Origin: Squalus acanthias
Taxonomy: Eukaryota
DNA: 64,000 bases
Assembly (NCBI GenBank): GCA_030390025.1
Contig: CM059427.1
Span: 188,666,001 to 188,730,000 of the forward strand
Direction of reading: 5' to 3'
Part shown: one piece after another, positions 36,348 to 50,580 of the stretch
Position numbering within the stretch: position 1 is the stretch's first letter
How the letters are laid out: each line of letters starts with the position of its first letter
Notes under the pieces: model-generated
What the model was told of the DNA's origin: nothing
Databases searched by the model: none
Seen by the model: only the letters and a program-made list of their open reading frames with translations
Program-made: the position numbers and the translations under genes

Positions 36348-36579
36348 GTAGGCAATCTTACTGCAATCATTCTTTTTAAAGCATTGATTTAAATGTGGTT
36401 TGAATAACTGAACGCATTGCTCAAAGATCTTGTTCCTTTTTGATCTTTTACTCTTTCAGATCAGTTCTTCTGTTGCACCCTGTTCCTCTTTAGACTAAAC
36501 ACCGGCATCAAGTGCTTAGTTATTTGGCTTTGTCTCATTTTTCATAAAGTTGGAAGAATGAGGTTTCTTACAACTAAAT

Positions 36580-37405
36580 GACTGCCATCTTTTAAATCCA
36601 AAACTAGGGTCTTAAATCTGAACAAAGCAAACTGCGTAGGTATGAGGGGCGAGTTGGCTGAGGTAGATTGGGAAACTAGATTAAAAGATTTGATGGTAGA
36701 TAAGCAATGGCAAACATTTAAAGAAATAAATTGCAATGCGTATACATTCGTTTTAGGAATAAAAACCCTGCAGGAAAAGTGGTCCAACCGTGACTAACAA
36801 GAGAAGTTAAAGATAGTATTAGATTAAAGGAAGAGGCTTATAATGTTGCCAAAAGGAGAAGTAAGCCTGAGGATTGGGAGGATTTTAGAATTCAGCAAAG
36901 CATGACCAGGAAATTGATAAAAAGAGAGAAAATAGAATACGAGAGTAAACTAGCAAGAGACATAAAAACAGATTGTAGAAGCTTCTATCGGTATGTAAAA
37001 AGGAAGTGTTTAGCAAAAGTAATGGTGGGTCCCTTACAGGCAGAGAGAGGAGAATTTATTATGGGGAATCAGGAACTGTCAGAAACATTAAACAAATACT
37101 TTGTCTTCATGGTAGAAGACAGAAAAAACCTTCTGGAAATAGTGGGGAACCAAGGGTCTAGTGAGAATGAGGAACCTTAAAGATGTTAGTATTAGTAAAG
37201 AAATAGTACTGGAGAAATTAATGAGACTAAAAGCCGAGAAATCCCCTGGACCTGACGGCCTACAGCCTAGGGTTTTAAAAGAGGTGGCTACAGAGATAGT
37301 GGGTGCATTGGTTTTGATCTTCCAGAATTTCCTAGATTTTAGAATGGTCCTCACGGATTGAAAGATAGCACACGTAACCCCAAGAAAGGAGGGAGAGAGA
37401 AAAAG
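36580..37405 (+). mobile_element. CR1 LINE ORF2 internal fragment
   Basis: EKIEYESKLARDIKTDCRSFYRYVK and KSPGPDGLQPRVLKEVA motifs. Confidence 0.88.
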
Positions 37406-37559
37406 CAAGATCAAAGAGATTTGGATGCTTTTCAAAATTGTTAAAAGTTTCAATAGTCTACATGGAGTGTTCTGGCTGGTGCTGAATTACTTTTTGGTGA
37501 CTTAAAGGCTTGTGCACAAACCAGTTGCTTCCAGACATGGATGACCTAGTAGGACTTCC

Positions 37560-39200
37560 TCTTGGCATTGAGCATGACTAGGAGAGTGAGTGGAGGTCAC
37601 ACCGAGCATGACAAGCTGCTAGAAGAGGGAGGAGGAGGAGGGGGAGAAGTGTTCTCACCAGGAGGCCATATCCACAGAGAGCCTTTAGGGAGCAGATCTG
37701 TTGGAGAACAAATTTCTGGAGTGCTGTGATGCCCTGGAAGTCCCTTTGAACATTGGTATCTGCAGCTACAATGACAGCAGTCTGAGCTTCGACTGCAGCA
37801 CTCAGACGTTGGTCAGATGCTGCTTCTGCTGCAATGGAAGCTGAGATATCGGCCATCAGACGCTGCATCCTGGTTGGTTCCACAGGTGTTCTGCTGGAGG
37901 TAGCCACCCGTTCCATGCTGGAAATGATGGGCTCCAAGCTCTGCGCAAAGCCCTGTGCCAAGTTGGTGCCTGAGTCGTCCATGCTCCTTAACATTGAACG
38001 TAGGCTTTCTAGCAGACTTTCCAGTGCACCAAGCATTTCTGTGTGTAAACCCATCAGCCTTCTTGTGTAGCCTGGCCCATCAAAGTCATTAGCTGAGTCC
38101 TCTGCATCAGAACTAGTGTGCGACCTCGCCCTCCGGCAAGCTGGTACCTGCGCTATCATTTCCCCCTGCCCTGGCTGCAGCGCACTTGTGCCCGGTGTCT
38201 CACCAGCGTGCAGAACCCGCCTCTTTCCTATCTAAATTACACACAATGTCAGTATGTGAACTGGTAGCTGCAACTGTGAAATCGAGTGACGGTGTGTCTT
38301 CATCTTCACGGTCTTCCTGCTCTTCCTCCACTGCCTGGGCAGGTTGTAGTTCTTGGGTATTTGGAATGAAAAGTGTTGTGGTGAGGGGAGAGGAGAAAGT
38401 AAGAAGTGCGCGCTTACACCATCTGCAGCTTTTCAGTCAAAAGAGATTGTGGGATGGGGGAGAAGTGGGCTGAAAGAAGGAGGATTAGGTTTGTGGAAAC
38501 CCTCATCTTCAATGGCTTCAGCCCCGCCGGTGGCCACGGCCTCAGCAATGGCCCTTCCCATGATGGCCAGCATCGTAGCTCCATAGGGGTTAGAACATGC
38601 AGGTGCACCTCTCCATCCTCCGGTTAGTTCCTGCTACGTCCGGTTGTGCACCACTTTCTCCTGCAAGAGAGGGAAGTGTGTCAGTGAGTGTGGTGCAATC
38701 TGTTTGGGTGATGGGGCTGTCAGGGTTGAATAGCTGCCAGTGTGTGCGAGCTGTGAGATGTGGCTTTGAGGCTTTCTAAAGTGCTAAGTGTGTGAGGGTG
38801 AGGTGAAGCATATGAAAGTTTGGGTTGAGACCTGATTGATAGAGATTGTTGGTAGGTGATTGATAGGGGTGTAGTGAATTGAGCAGTGGCTGAGGCTAGT
38901 AGTGCAGTTGGTAGGATATGGCATTTGAAGAGCCTTCACTGACCTTGAACACTTCTTCTTGCACTGCATCCATTTTATTGGAGCTATACACCTGGCATTG
39001 ACCTCCGCGGCTATCTCTTGCCGCTGCCTTTTGAGCAAGTGCCTGGAGGACCTCCTGCCCCCCTGAGGATACAAGACATCTCTCCTCTGTTCCACCTCTT
39101 CAACCATGACCACCAGTGCAGCGACCGAAAACCTTGGTACACGCTTTCTCCCATGGTCCGCCATTGTTGATTGTTGCACAGCTCACTATTCCCAATGATG
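37560..39200 (-). mobile_element. Harbinger Myb-partner gene remnant (third family)
   Basis: MADHGRKRVPRFS..LVVMVEEVEQRRDVLYP..EIAAEVNA..WMQCKKK Myb/SANT domain plus downstream exons. Confidence 0.8.
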
Positions 39201-39207
39201 TCAGCAC

Positions 39208-40440
39208 GCAGTAATGGAGATGAAACTCATGTAGACTCGGTTGAATGGTACGAAATGGAAAATCTTTATTGCATGATATTTAAGATTATGAAATACATGT
39301 CATAAGCACAGATTAATGACAGTACAATCTTACAAGCAGTTATATAGCTGATCCTAGGGAAACGAGGAACGAACGACACACCGTAAATAGGGGCACACAT
39401 TACAAGTATCCTTAATACTTAAACCCTCCCCTATCAATATCTGTCCTAACTAGATTCGTAGGATTTCGAGACTCATGCTCACCACTCGTGATAACTCGGA
39501 GAAATTCCGAATAGCTGATCGGATGTTTTTCACCGCAGCACCCACGTGTCGGTCAGGAGATCTCCTGGTCCCACTTGTTTACTTGCTTCTACTCCGGCTA
39601 GCAGGCTGGACCGTCTGCTGTGATGAAGATCTGTGTTGGTTGGTTTAACAGGTACTCTTCCGAGCAGGTTTCACAGCTCAGTCAATATCATCGATGATGA
39701 ACCGTTCTTGCAAGTTCAAAGAAGTCTTCCTGGCAAGGAAAACTTGGCTATTCGACCTACAGGCGCGGTCGGGATTTACTGACCGTGGCGATGAGTATGG
39801 TCTTCCTCTCTTCTCATCTCATCTCATCTCATCTCGGGCCTTTGGTTCCGCTGCCAGTTACCAACATAGGTCTTCGTTACGCGACACGAGGTAGATCCGA
39901 ACGGATCAGAAAGTTCAACAGTCTTTTTTTCAAAGAGGCACCAGGCAAGCAGGAACCAGACTACGAGTCAAAACACAGGAGCAGCCACGAGGTTACGAGT
40001 CGATCGGATAAGAGAATAAGAGGCAGATGGACGGTTGGAGCTTGTAATTATAGTACAAAATCTTCCGTTTCCCGCCCAACCTTAATGTCCTTTCTTTTGT
40101 TAGGGTCTGGCGCTCAAATGTCTTGTATGGGTGATCTCCGTTCTTAATGGGTTTCGGGGCTACTCGTAACTGTCTGAGTACCTGTTAATATTTCTCCCAT
40201 TGTTAAATCTCCAGAGCCACAATCCCCCTCCCCTTGAAGGTGATATTTAAGTAGTGCTAGGCACTCCCGAAATTGGGTCCCCTGCTGCTGCACTGGCTTC
40301 ACGCAAAGATCACGGTAATACGCAGGCAGCACAAAGTTATCATCCTGCCTGCATTTCAATCACCGGGCATGGGGTAATCACGCATCGCGATCCTTGCACA
40401 CGCTTTTGAGGGTTATTCAACTTAACCCCTACTAACTTTA
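39208..40440 (-). mobile_element. Diverged, truncated relative of the 28046-29662 LTR
   Basis: 39208-39306 is the reverse complement of about 29400-29498 (poly(A)-signal region), with further patchy similarity. The distal boundary is approximate. Confidence 0.65.
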
Positions 40441-41034
40441 AAGAATTCTGTGTTGAAATCTATAAAGAGAAGGATTACTGCCCATTTACAGTTATCTGGG
40501 CCTTGGCAGTTCATTGAAGATGTCAATGTGGTTAATCCAAAACAGTGACACTAAGAGAACCATCTACTGCTTTGGGTCACTCACATGACCTAAGTCAGGA
40601 CCAGTTAAACAAGCCCATGACCATTTCATTATTGTCCAACATTTTAAAGATCTATAAGAGAAAAATTTAGCTTGTGTTTCGGAGTGGGTATTATACGTTT
40701 TATTTGTAACGCTAATTATAAAAATGATTAGTTTCACGTAACTTTCAGACACAAGGCTCACAATATAAGGTGTCAGCCGGGGCTCAGTGGTAGCACACTC
40801 GCAGGTATGATTGAGGCAGAGACAATTGCATCTTTAAGGGAAAACTGGATGAATATTTGAGGCAGGGTAAGATTTAGGGCTTTGAGAGAGAGTGGGGCAG
40901 TGGGGTTAGTTTTTGGATTGTTCTAGCAAAGTGCTGGCACAGACACAACGGGACAAATTCTTCTGTGACGTAATCTTCAATGTCTCTATAGAAAGGAGGG
41001 ATGCCATTGAGGATTATAGTTAGCAATTATCTTT

Positions 41035-43100
41035 GGCCGTGATTTTACTAACCTCGGTGGGTCCGTGGCGGGCGACGTCGGTGGCGGGTCCCGACCCGGC
41101 TGCTGGCTCCATCCCAGCCTCTGAAATGAATTTGCCTTGATTGGGCTTGTTAAGCCCGCCCAGTGCATTTCCTGGCCAATTAAAGGAAGCGGGTCTGATG
41201 ACCTCATTTGATGATGCGTCATCAGCTGGTTTCCTTAAAGGGACCATGCCCAAATTGATTTTGACATTTGTGCTGTCAGTGTTCTACAGCATTGAGGTGC
41301 TGCAAACACTGACAAGCCCTGCACAGAGGTGCAGGACTGCACCCAGGCTGTCCCATGACTCCCTCCATATGCTTATGTAGGGAGTCACAGCACACAGGGA
41401 GGTCCTCTTCCCTTCCCATGGGCAGAAGAGACCTCCAAAGCAGATCAACACAGCCTGGTTGTAAATTGCAGAGGAGGGCATGAGCAGGGATGTGGTCAGG
41501 AGGACCTGGGTGCAGTGCCGCAAATGTTTCAATGATCTCAGTCGATCATGAAATGTTCGTACAAAGCCACACTCAACCTCATCCTGCTGTGCCCCTCATC
41601 ACTTCCCCATCACTCTGCCTTCCCTACCCTACTCCTGCACATCCTTACTCACACCAACTTACCTTGGACTGCCACCCATCCCTCTCTATCTATATTATCA
41701 CATCCCCATCTCACTAGCCATTCCTCACACTCACCCTCATCCTAGTGCAATCATACCAACCAACAACACAGAAGGGTAGCAACTTGGGTGTTTTATGCAA
41801 TGTTCATGTAAATTTTCTGTTAATGTGGTGTCACACATTGAAACCTTTATTTTCAATACTTTGCGTTCTTTGACAGATTTGTGTGCACCTTTGGATGTGG
41901 TTTAGTGAGTTGCCGTGAATGGTGAGACATAACGACACCCCCGCAATGGTGATGAGTGTGAAAGGAATGGCTTGGACATTGTAGGGATGCTTTATTCTGT
42001 TGGTGTGGGGTGGTGCCAACCTGGCGCATCATGTGGCACCCAGGGTGTACATAGAGTCATAGAGTCATAACGGCACAGAAGGAGGCCATTTGGCCCATCG
42101 AGTCCATGCCGGCTCTCTGTAGAGCAATCCAGTCAGTCCCATTCCCCCGCTCTATCCCCGTAGCCCTGCAAGTTTATTTTCCTCAAGTGCCTATCCAGTC
42201 TCCCCTTGAAAACATTGAGTGTCTCCGCTTCCTCCACTTCCGTCGGCAGCGAATTCCAGGTGCTCACCATTCACTGCGTAAAAAAGTTTTTCCTCACATC
42301 CCCCCTGTGTCTCTTGCCCAAAATCTTAAATCTGTGTCCCCTCGTCTTTGTACCATCAACTAGTGGGAACAGCCTTTCCCTGTCTAGCCTATCCAAACCC
42401 ATCATAATCTTCTACACCTTATCAAATGACCCCTCAACCTCCTTTGCTTTAATGAAAACAAATCCAGCTTCTCCAACCTGTCCTTATATCTAGGATCCCC
42501 CATCCGCAGAGCCAATCTGGTAAATCTCATCTGCACCCTCTCAAGTGCCTTCACATCCTTCCACATCGTCAAGTGAAGTCAATCTGGCCATGGTGTGGCC
42601 ATTCCTGGCCTCCTGGGCAGCATCAGCTGATTGCAGAGAAGGTTGGTGTTGTTGTTGGTGCTACTGGTATGCCTGGTGCTGCTGGTGTGTCTGGTGATGC
42701 TGGTGTTGGGGCTGATCATCTTGGGATTCTGAGGACCAAGGTAAGAGTTTCAAGGGCACCCATGCTGATGGAATAGATGGCAGGGGAATTAGAGATTTCA
42801 GAAGCGATCTGTCAATGGTGGGAGAGGTAATGAGGTCAGACTGGATGGAGACTTGTGTAAAGACTTGCAGCATTCTGAATCTGTAGTGGAAATGCACTTT
42901 AGAGAAGCTGGTGGCTAAGGGAACATTTCTCAATCAGCTGGGAGCTATGACTTGACATTTGAAGCTGTCAAATCATCAGCTGAAACAATGGCCACTGACC
43001 AGCGGGAAACCGGTGGGCAACCTGTCAAATTCAAAAAGCTGGGAAAAGGGCTTTGTCAAGTGGCTGTAAACAAGCCACTAATGATTTTAATTCCCTCCCC
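41035..43100. mobile_element. Non-autonomous Harbinger (same family as 1-1130, inverted) with nested CR1 3' end (about 42050-42562)
   Basis: GGCCGTGATTTT terminus, Myb exon remnant 41330-41545 and fused transposase ends 42570-42765. The right TIR is missing. Confidence 0.8.
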
Positions 43101-43398
43101 CAGGCAGTGGGATTAGTTTTTGGATTGTCCTAGGAAAGTGCTGGCAGACACAATGGGACAAATTCTTCTGTGATGTAATCTTCAATGTCTCCATAGAAAG
43201 GTAGGATGGCATTGAAGATTATAGTGAGCAATTATCTTTGTATCCATCCAAAAGAGCCTAATCTTGGAGGTAATCATTTACTTGTTACAATTCTGCCTGA
43301 GATGTAGAGGAACAAGAATTACAGCTGAGAGAATAAACACAAAGACAGTGATCTTGTGGAAGGAATGGTGTTCATCCAACCTCATTCCAACCCATTTC

Positions 43399-43427
<29 letters not shown>
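43399..43427. repeat. (CA)n microsatellite
   Basis: About 14 CA units. Confidence 0.95.
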
Positions 43428-43430
<3 letters not shown>

Positions 43431-44019
43431 TTTTTGTGTGCAGACACACATTAGAGAGAAATAACTTTTATTTATATACTGCACTTGACATCGAGGCAGC
43501 ATTTAACCGTGTGTGGCACCAAGGAGCCCCAGTAAAACTGAAGTCAATGGAGATCAGGGAGAATACTCTCCAGTGTTTGGAGTCCTGGGACAAAAGAAGA
43601 TGTTTGTGGTCAATGGAGGCCAATCATTCCAGCCTGAGGATATTGCTGCCCACCATTTTGGTAGCTTTGGACGCCATTTTGTGCCCTTAGAACAGGGGCT
43701 GCATGCTGAGATTTTTTCGGACTATAAGTCCCAGACCCAGATAGGCTGCTTCCAACTCCAGGCTGCTGATATGAATCATGTGCAATCTCAAGACAAAGAA
43801 TTTAATTGTTTAATGCGGAGTGCACCAACCTGAGGGAAATTACCAAATAGCTCGCACAACTGACAAGCAAAATATATTGGTGCACAGGTGTGATCGAACT
43901 GAGTTGACTCTGATTTGGCTCAGTGTTAGTGATGAACAAACCTTTCCTTTTGTAACTACTTCTTTTAACCCTAATCCTGACCTGTAGTTTATATTATTTT
44001 ACATCAGGTTTTTTTTTAA

Positions 44020-44850
44020 ATGTATTCATTCACGGGATGTGGGCATTGCTGGCAAGGCCAGCATTTATTGCCCATCCCTAAATGCCCTTGTGAAGGTGGT
44101 GCTCTGTAATATCCTTTCACTGGGGGGCTAAAATGTCTTGTAAAGGTTTTTTTTTAAATGCACAGCAAAGATTTCTTTTAATAATTATTCTTGAGATATT
44201 GGCATCGCTGGTAAAGCTGGCATTTTTTGTCCATCACCAGTTGCCCTTGAGAAGATGTGGGTGAGCCTTCTTCTTGAACCTCTGCAGTCCATGTGTGAAG
44301 GTGCTCCCACAATTCTTTTAGGTCGGGAGTTCCAGGATTTTGACCCAGCAACAATGAAGGAACGCCGATATATGTCCAGTTAGGATGGTGTGTGACTTGG
44401 AGGTGAACTTGAAGGTGATGGTGTTCCCATGCACCTGCTGTACTTGTCCTTCTAGGTGGTGGAGGTCGCAGGTTTTGGAGGTGCTGCCGAAAATGCCTGG
44501 CGAGTTGTGCAGTGCGTCCTGTAGATTGGACACACTGCAGCCACGGTGTGCAAGTGGTGGAAGGCGGGAATGTATAAGGTAGTGGATATGTTGCCAATCA
44601 AGTGGACGCTTTGTTCTGGATTGTGTCGAGCTTCTTGCAAGTGGAGAGTATTCCATCACATTCCTGACTGGTGCCTTGTAGGTGGTGGAGAGGTTTTGGT
44701 GAGTCACTTGATACAGCAAACCCAGCATCTGACCTGCGCTAGTAGCCACGGCATTTATATGGCTGGTACAGTTGAGTTTCTGGTCAATGGCGATCCCGTG
44801 GATGCGGCTGGTGGGAGATTTGTCGATGATAATGCCATTGAAAGCATGTT
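44020..44850 (-). mobile_element. CR1/L2-group LINE (second family) 3' fragments
   Basis: YKAPVRNVMEYSPLA motif and a 3' UTR matching 46680-46930. Confidence 0.8.
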
Positions 44851-44889
44851 ATTATATAGATATTATCAATAAATAGTTGTGTATGGTGG

Positions 44890-46930
44890 TCTACCATTAC
44901 CATCAAGCAAGGGGACCAACCCTGGTTCAATAAGGAGGTTAGAAGAGCATGCCAGGAGCAGCACCAGGCGTACCTAAAAATGAGGCGCCAGCCTGGGGAA
45001 GCTGCAACACAGGACTACATGCATGCTAAAAAGCGGAAGCAGCATGCTATAGACAAGGCTAAGCGATCCCACAATCAACGGATTAGATCAAAGCTCTGCA
45101 CCCCTGCCATATCCAGTTGTGAATGGTGGTGGACCATTAAACAACTAACAGGAGCAGGAGGCTCCATGAATATCCCCGTCCTCAATGATGGCAGAGCCCA
45201 GCATGTGAGTGCAAAAGACAAGGCTGAAGCGTCTGAAACCATCTTCAGCCAGAAGTGCCGAGTGCATGATCCATATCGGCCTACTCCTGAGGTCCCCACC
45301 ATCACAGAAGCCAATCTTCAGCCAATTCGATTCACTCCACGTGATATCAAGAAATGGCTGAGCGCACTGGATACAGCAAAGGCTATGGGCCCCGACAACA
45401 TCCCAGCTATCGTTCTGAAGACTTGTGCTCCAGAACTAGCCGGGCCTCTAGCCAAACTGTTCCAGTACAGCTAAAACTCTGGCATCTATCCGACAATGTG
45501 GAAAACTGCCTAGGTATGTACTGTCCACAAAAAGCAGGACAAATCCAATCCGGCCAATAACCGCCCCATCAGTCTACTTTCAATTACCAGCAAAGTGATG
45601 GAAGGTGCGGTCGACAGTGCTATCAAGTGGCACTAACTCACTAATAACCTGCTCACTGATGCCCAGTTTGGGTTCCACCAAGACCACTCAGCTCCAGACC
45701 TCATTTCAGCCTTGGTCCAAACATGGACAAAGGAGCTGAATTCCAGAGATGAGGTGAGAGTGACTGCCCTTGACATCAAGGCAGCATTTGACCGAGTGTG
45801 GCATCAAGGAGCCCTAGTACAACTGATGTCAATGGGAATCGAGGGGAAAACTCTCCACTGGCTGGAGTTGCACCTAGCACAAAGGAAGATGGTTGTGGTG
45901 GTTAGAGGTCAATCATCTCTGCCCAGGACATCACTGCAGGAGTTCCTCAGGGCAGTGTCCTAGACCCAACCGTCTTCAGCTGCTTCATCAATGACATTCC
46001 CTTCAACATAAGTCAAAAATGGGGATGTTTGCTGATGACTGCACAGTGCTCAGTGCCATTTGTAACTCCTCAGATAATGAAGCAGTCCTTGCCTGCATGC
46101 AACAAGACCTGGATGACATTCAGGCTTGGACTCATAAGTGGCTGGTAACATTCACGCCACACAAGTGCCAGGCAATGACTATCTCCAACAAGCGAGAGTC
46201 TGACCACCGCCCCTTGACATTCAACGGCATTACCATCGCTGAATCCCCCAACATCAACATCCTGGGGGTCACCATTGACCAGAAACTTAACTTGACCAGA
46301 CACATAAATACTGTGACAACAAGAGCAGGTCAGAGGCTGGGTATTCTGGGGCGAGGGTCTCACCTACTGACTCCCCAAAGCCTTTCCGCCATCTACAAGG
46401 CACAAGTAAAGATTGTGATGGAATACTCTCCACTTGCCTGGATGAGTGCAGCTCCAACAACACTCAAGAAGCTCGACACCATCCAGGACAAAGCAGCCCC
46501 CCTGATTGGCACCCCATCCACCATCTTAAATATTCACTCCGTCCACCACCGGCGCACCGTGACTGCAGTGTGTACCATCTACAAATGCAGCAACTCGCCA
46601 AAGCTGCTTCGGCAGCACCTCCCAAACCCGCAAACTATACCACCTAGAAGGACAAGGGCAGCAGACGCATAGGAACACCACCACCTCCAAGTTCCCCTCC
46701 AAGTCACACACCATCCTGACTTAAAAGTATATTTCCGATCCTTCATCGTCTCTGGGTCAAAATCCTGGAACTCCCTTCCTAACAGCATTGTGGGAGTACC
46801 TTCACCACACGGACTGCAGCGGTTCAAGAAGGCGGCTCACCACCACCTTCTCAAGGGCAATTAGGGATGGGCAATAAAAGCTGGCCTTGCCATTGATGCC
46901 CACATCCCTTGAACAAATAAAAAAAAAATG
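44890..46930 (+). mobile_element. CR1/L2-group LINE (second family), RT and 3' end, decayed
   Basis: KAMGPDNIP, ALDIKAAFDRVWH, MFADD, YKAQV..MEYSPLAW and a poly(A) tail. Confidence 0.9.
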
Positions 46931-47480
46931 GAGCAACAGTGAATAAGAAAATGTTAAATGCTGTTAATTTATTTTGTCATTTGAATAAAATTCATAAATT
47001 TTCTGATCAGTTTTAATTAATTATGTGTAAGTGAAAATTTTAGTGGAGAAATCTTTTGCAAGTGTACTTTTTGTCCATTCTTCCTATAATAGGTAATTAC
47101 ATTTCACTTTTTACTTCTACTTCAAAGACTTTATTTTCAGTTGGAAAGTCTATGTGGCTGGTGGATAAGATGTGGATTTTGCATGGTCCATCGTTTATTA
47201 GGATGAGTAACTTTTATTACACTTCTCACAGGAAGAGGTAGAGAAGAGGTTTATGAAGAAATTTACTGAAGAACTTTATTGTATATTTTACAGTTCCAAG
47301 TTAGAATGGGGAAATAATTTGGAAAGCTGTTTTACCTCATTTCTTTTCTTCACAGTCTGAAGTGTTAAACATATTCAGGAAATGTGCCTGGGTTTTACTT
47401 CTGGTGGTTTTCTGGTGCTATATATATATATCTATATCTATATGTATATTTCTTACAGGCAAAGAGACGGAATCTGTGAA

Positions 47481-47568
47481 ATGAGGCTACGATTTTTCTG
47501 CAGCAAAATGCCAGCTGGTTTGATGTTCAGTTTCTTTGTGTTTCTACTTCCGTCTGTTTTCACACAAA
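47481..47568 (+). CDS. Receptor gene 2, signal-peptide exon (exon starts 47459)
   Basis: ttacag acceptor at 47458. MRLRFFCSKMPAGLMFSFFVFLLPSVFTQ then a phase-1 donor A|gtaagt, in frame with 52382. Confidence 0.75.
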
Positions 47569-48882
47569 GTAAGTGCCTTATTTCCACCAATCGCATTCAT
47601 ATTGTTTTACTTTATCATAGTGTTTACTGAATTCACCCAGCTAGTATTCAGCAAGCAAGGAAGGTCTTTATTTTCATGTCCCTGCTCCTTTAAACAGGGG
47701 GTGTAAGTTCACTTTTCTGATTCAACAATGGAACATCTTAATTAAATGAAAAATGATATATTTCTCATTGTTCTTCAACTCCTTTTTCTGATCTATCTAT
47801 TAATCTCTCTGTCTGTCTATACATCCACTCTTGCATGTAACAACCGTCCATCACACAGCTCAATGTCACATTTCAAAGTGTCACACTCACTCTGTGGCGC
47901 ACTCTCTGTATTCCACGATATTTCAGATTTCAACAGCCTAACAGATTGAATGTGGTACAGAATGGTTTCAAAATTAATAACAATATTAAAATGTTAATAA
48001 ATGTTAATAAAATTCAGAATTATTGAGAATCAATTTTTGTGTTCGAGGCTGTGGAACATATAAAAGTTACAGTTGGGTAAAACATCATTTGAAAAGGTTT
48101 AAAGCTTTGTCGCTGATCCTCACTTCGGTCACACCTTGATTTAGTGTCAAAGGTGTTTAAACATCACTGTGAATACAGTGTGCACAGAGCCAGTGTACGC
48201 ATTGCGTACTCTCGCGTATTCCCACTCCAATTGACGGTTTTCTGCATGCCCTGCGCAGGCGCTGAAAACCGGCAATTGCTCTTCAGAAAAGGGGGCGGGT
48301 CCTGGGTGCATCGCGTGCGCGCTACAGGCTGCGCGCACGCTGTGCACTTCATGCTTTGGACGCGCAGATAAGTAGGGAAGATTTTGGAAATGTAAAAAGG
48401 AGGAGTAAGACCCGCTTTTAAGAAGGTAAGTAGTGAATTAAGTATTTTTTTGAATTTTTTTTTACAGGTATATCTTTTTTAGAGACTTTAAAGACAGGTA
48501 AGTTTATTTTTATAACTTTTTAAAAGATTTTAAATTTTTTCAAAAATTTAATTTTTTATTTAAAATGGTTAATTTAATTAACTATACTTATTTTATTAAT
48601 GTGATGGGTTTTTTTTAAATTTAATTGAGGTTTAGCTGTTATTTTGGGGGGGTGTAAGATTCATAGATTTCACAGCAGGTCTGTGAAACTTAGTGGTTTT
48701 GGTAATTGTGATGTGAGCTGGTCTTTAATCAAGACTTACAGACACATGGGATTTACTGCTTTAGATCACTTCACTTTTGAAATTGTCAATAAAATAATGG
48801 TTATAATGAGGGTTTTATCAATTTATTTTACCCTTGAAATGAAGGCATATGATGATTCGAAAGTGGAAATATAGCGATGAAC

Positions 48883-50580
48883 TATAGAAACATAGAAGAT
48901 AGGAGCAGGAGTAGGCCATTCGGCCCCTCGAGCCTGTTCCGCCATTTAATGAGATCATGGCTGATCATCCAAATTCAGTACCCTGTCCCTGCTTTCTCCC
49001 CATATCCCTTGATCACTTTAGCCTTAAGAAATATATTTAACTCCTTTTTGAATATATTTAATGAATTGGCCTCAACTGCCTTGTGTGGTAGAGAATTCCA
49101 CAGGTTCACCACTCTCTGGGTGAAGAAATTTCTCCTCATCTCAGTCCTAAATGGCTTACCCCTTATTCTTAGACTGTGACCCCTGGTTCTGGACTCCCCC
49201 GCCATCGGGAACATCCTTCCTGCATCTAGTCTGTCTAGTCCTGTTAGAATTTTATAAGTTTCAATGAGATCCACTCTCATTCTTCTAAACTCTAGTGAAT
49301 ATAAGCCTAATCGACCCAATCTCTCCTCATTCGTCATTCCTGCCATCCCAGGTATCAGTCTGGTGAATCTTCGCTGCACTCTCTCCATGGCAAGAACATC
49401 CTTCCTCAGATAAGGTGACCAAAACTGCACACAATACTCAAGGTGTGGTCTCACCAAGGCCCTTTACAACTGCAGCAAGACATCCTTGCTCCTGTACTTG
49501 AATCCTCTCGCAATGAAGGCCAACTGAAGTGGATAACCTCGCATTTATCCACATTATACTGCATCTGCCATGCATCTGCCCAATCACCCAACCTGTCCAA
49601 ATCATACTGGAGTTTCTCTGCATCCTCCTCACAGCACACACGCCCACCCAGCTTTGTGTCATCTGCAAACTTGGAGATATTACATCTAGTTCCCTCGTCT
49701 AGATCATTTATATATATTGTGCATAGCTGGGGTCCTAGCACCGATCCCTGCGGGACCCCACTAGTCACTGCCTGCCACTTGGAAAAAGACCCGTTTATTC
49801 CAACTCTTTGCTTCCTGTCTGCAAACCAGTTCTCTATCCAAGACAGTACCTTACCCCCAATCCCATGTGCTTTAACTTTGCAAGCTAATCTCTTATGCGG
49901 GACCTTATCGAAAACCTTCTAAAAGTCCAAATACACCACATCCACTGGTTCTCCCTTATCTATTCTACCAGTTACATCCTCAAAAAATTCCAGTAGATTA
50001 GTCAAGCATGATTTACCTTTTGTAAATCCATGTTGACTTTGTCCGATCCTGTCACTGTTTTCCAAGTGCTCTGCTATTACATCTTTTATAATGGACTCTA
50101 GCATTTTCCCCACTACCGATGTCAGACTTACTCGTTTTTTCCCGTTTTTTTCTCTACCACCTTGTTTGAATAGTGGGGTAACATTAGCTATCCTCCAATC
50201 CATGGGAACTGTTCCAGAATCTATAGAATTTTGGAAGATGACCAGCAATGCATCTACTATTTCTCAGGCCACTTCCTTAAGTACCCTAGGATGTAGATTA
50301 TCAGGCCCTGGGGATTTATCGGCCTTCAATCCCGTTAATTTCCCTAACACCATTTCCCTACAAATTCAATTTCTCCCTCTCATTAGACCCTATGTTCCCC
50401 GACATCTCTGGGAGGTTATTTGTGTCCTCCTTTGTGAAGACAGAACCAAAGTATGTATTTAATTGGTCTGCGATTTCTTTGTTCCCCATTATAAATTCCC
50501 CTGATTCTGAGTGCAAGGGACCTACGCTTGACTTCACCAATCTTTTTCTCTTCACAGATCTATAGAAGTTTTTACAGTCA
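48883..50580 (-). mobile_element. CR1 (HER1-like) LINE, RT and 3' end
   Basis: GVPQGSVLGP, KFADDTKLGG and RPHLEYCVQFWSP motifs plus the tail. Confidence 0.92.

Noticed and set aside
36195-36392. Hydrophobic ORF as signal peptide of gene 2
   Set aside because: Its donor is phase 0 and splicing to the next exon hits a stop. A proper phase-1 leader exists at 47481-47568.
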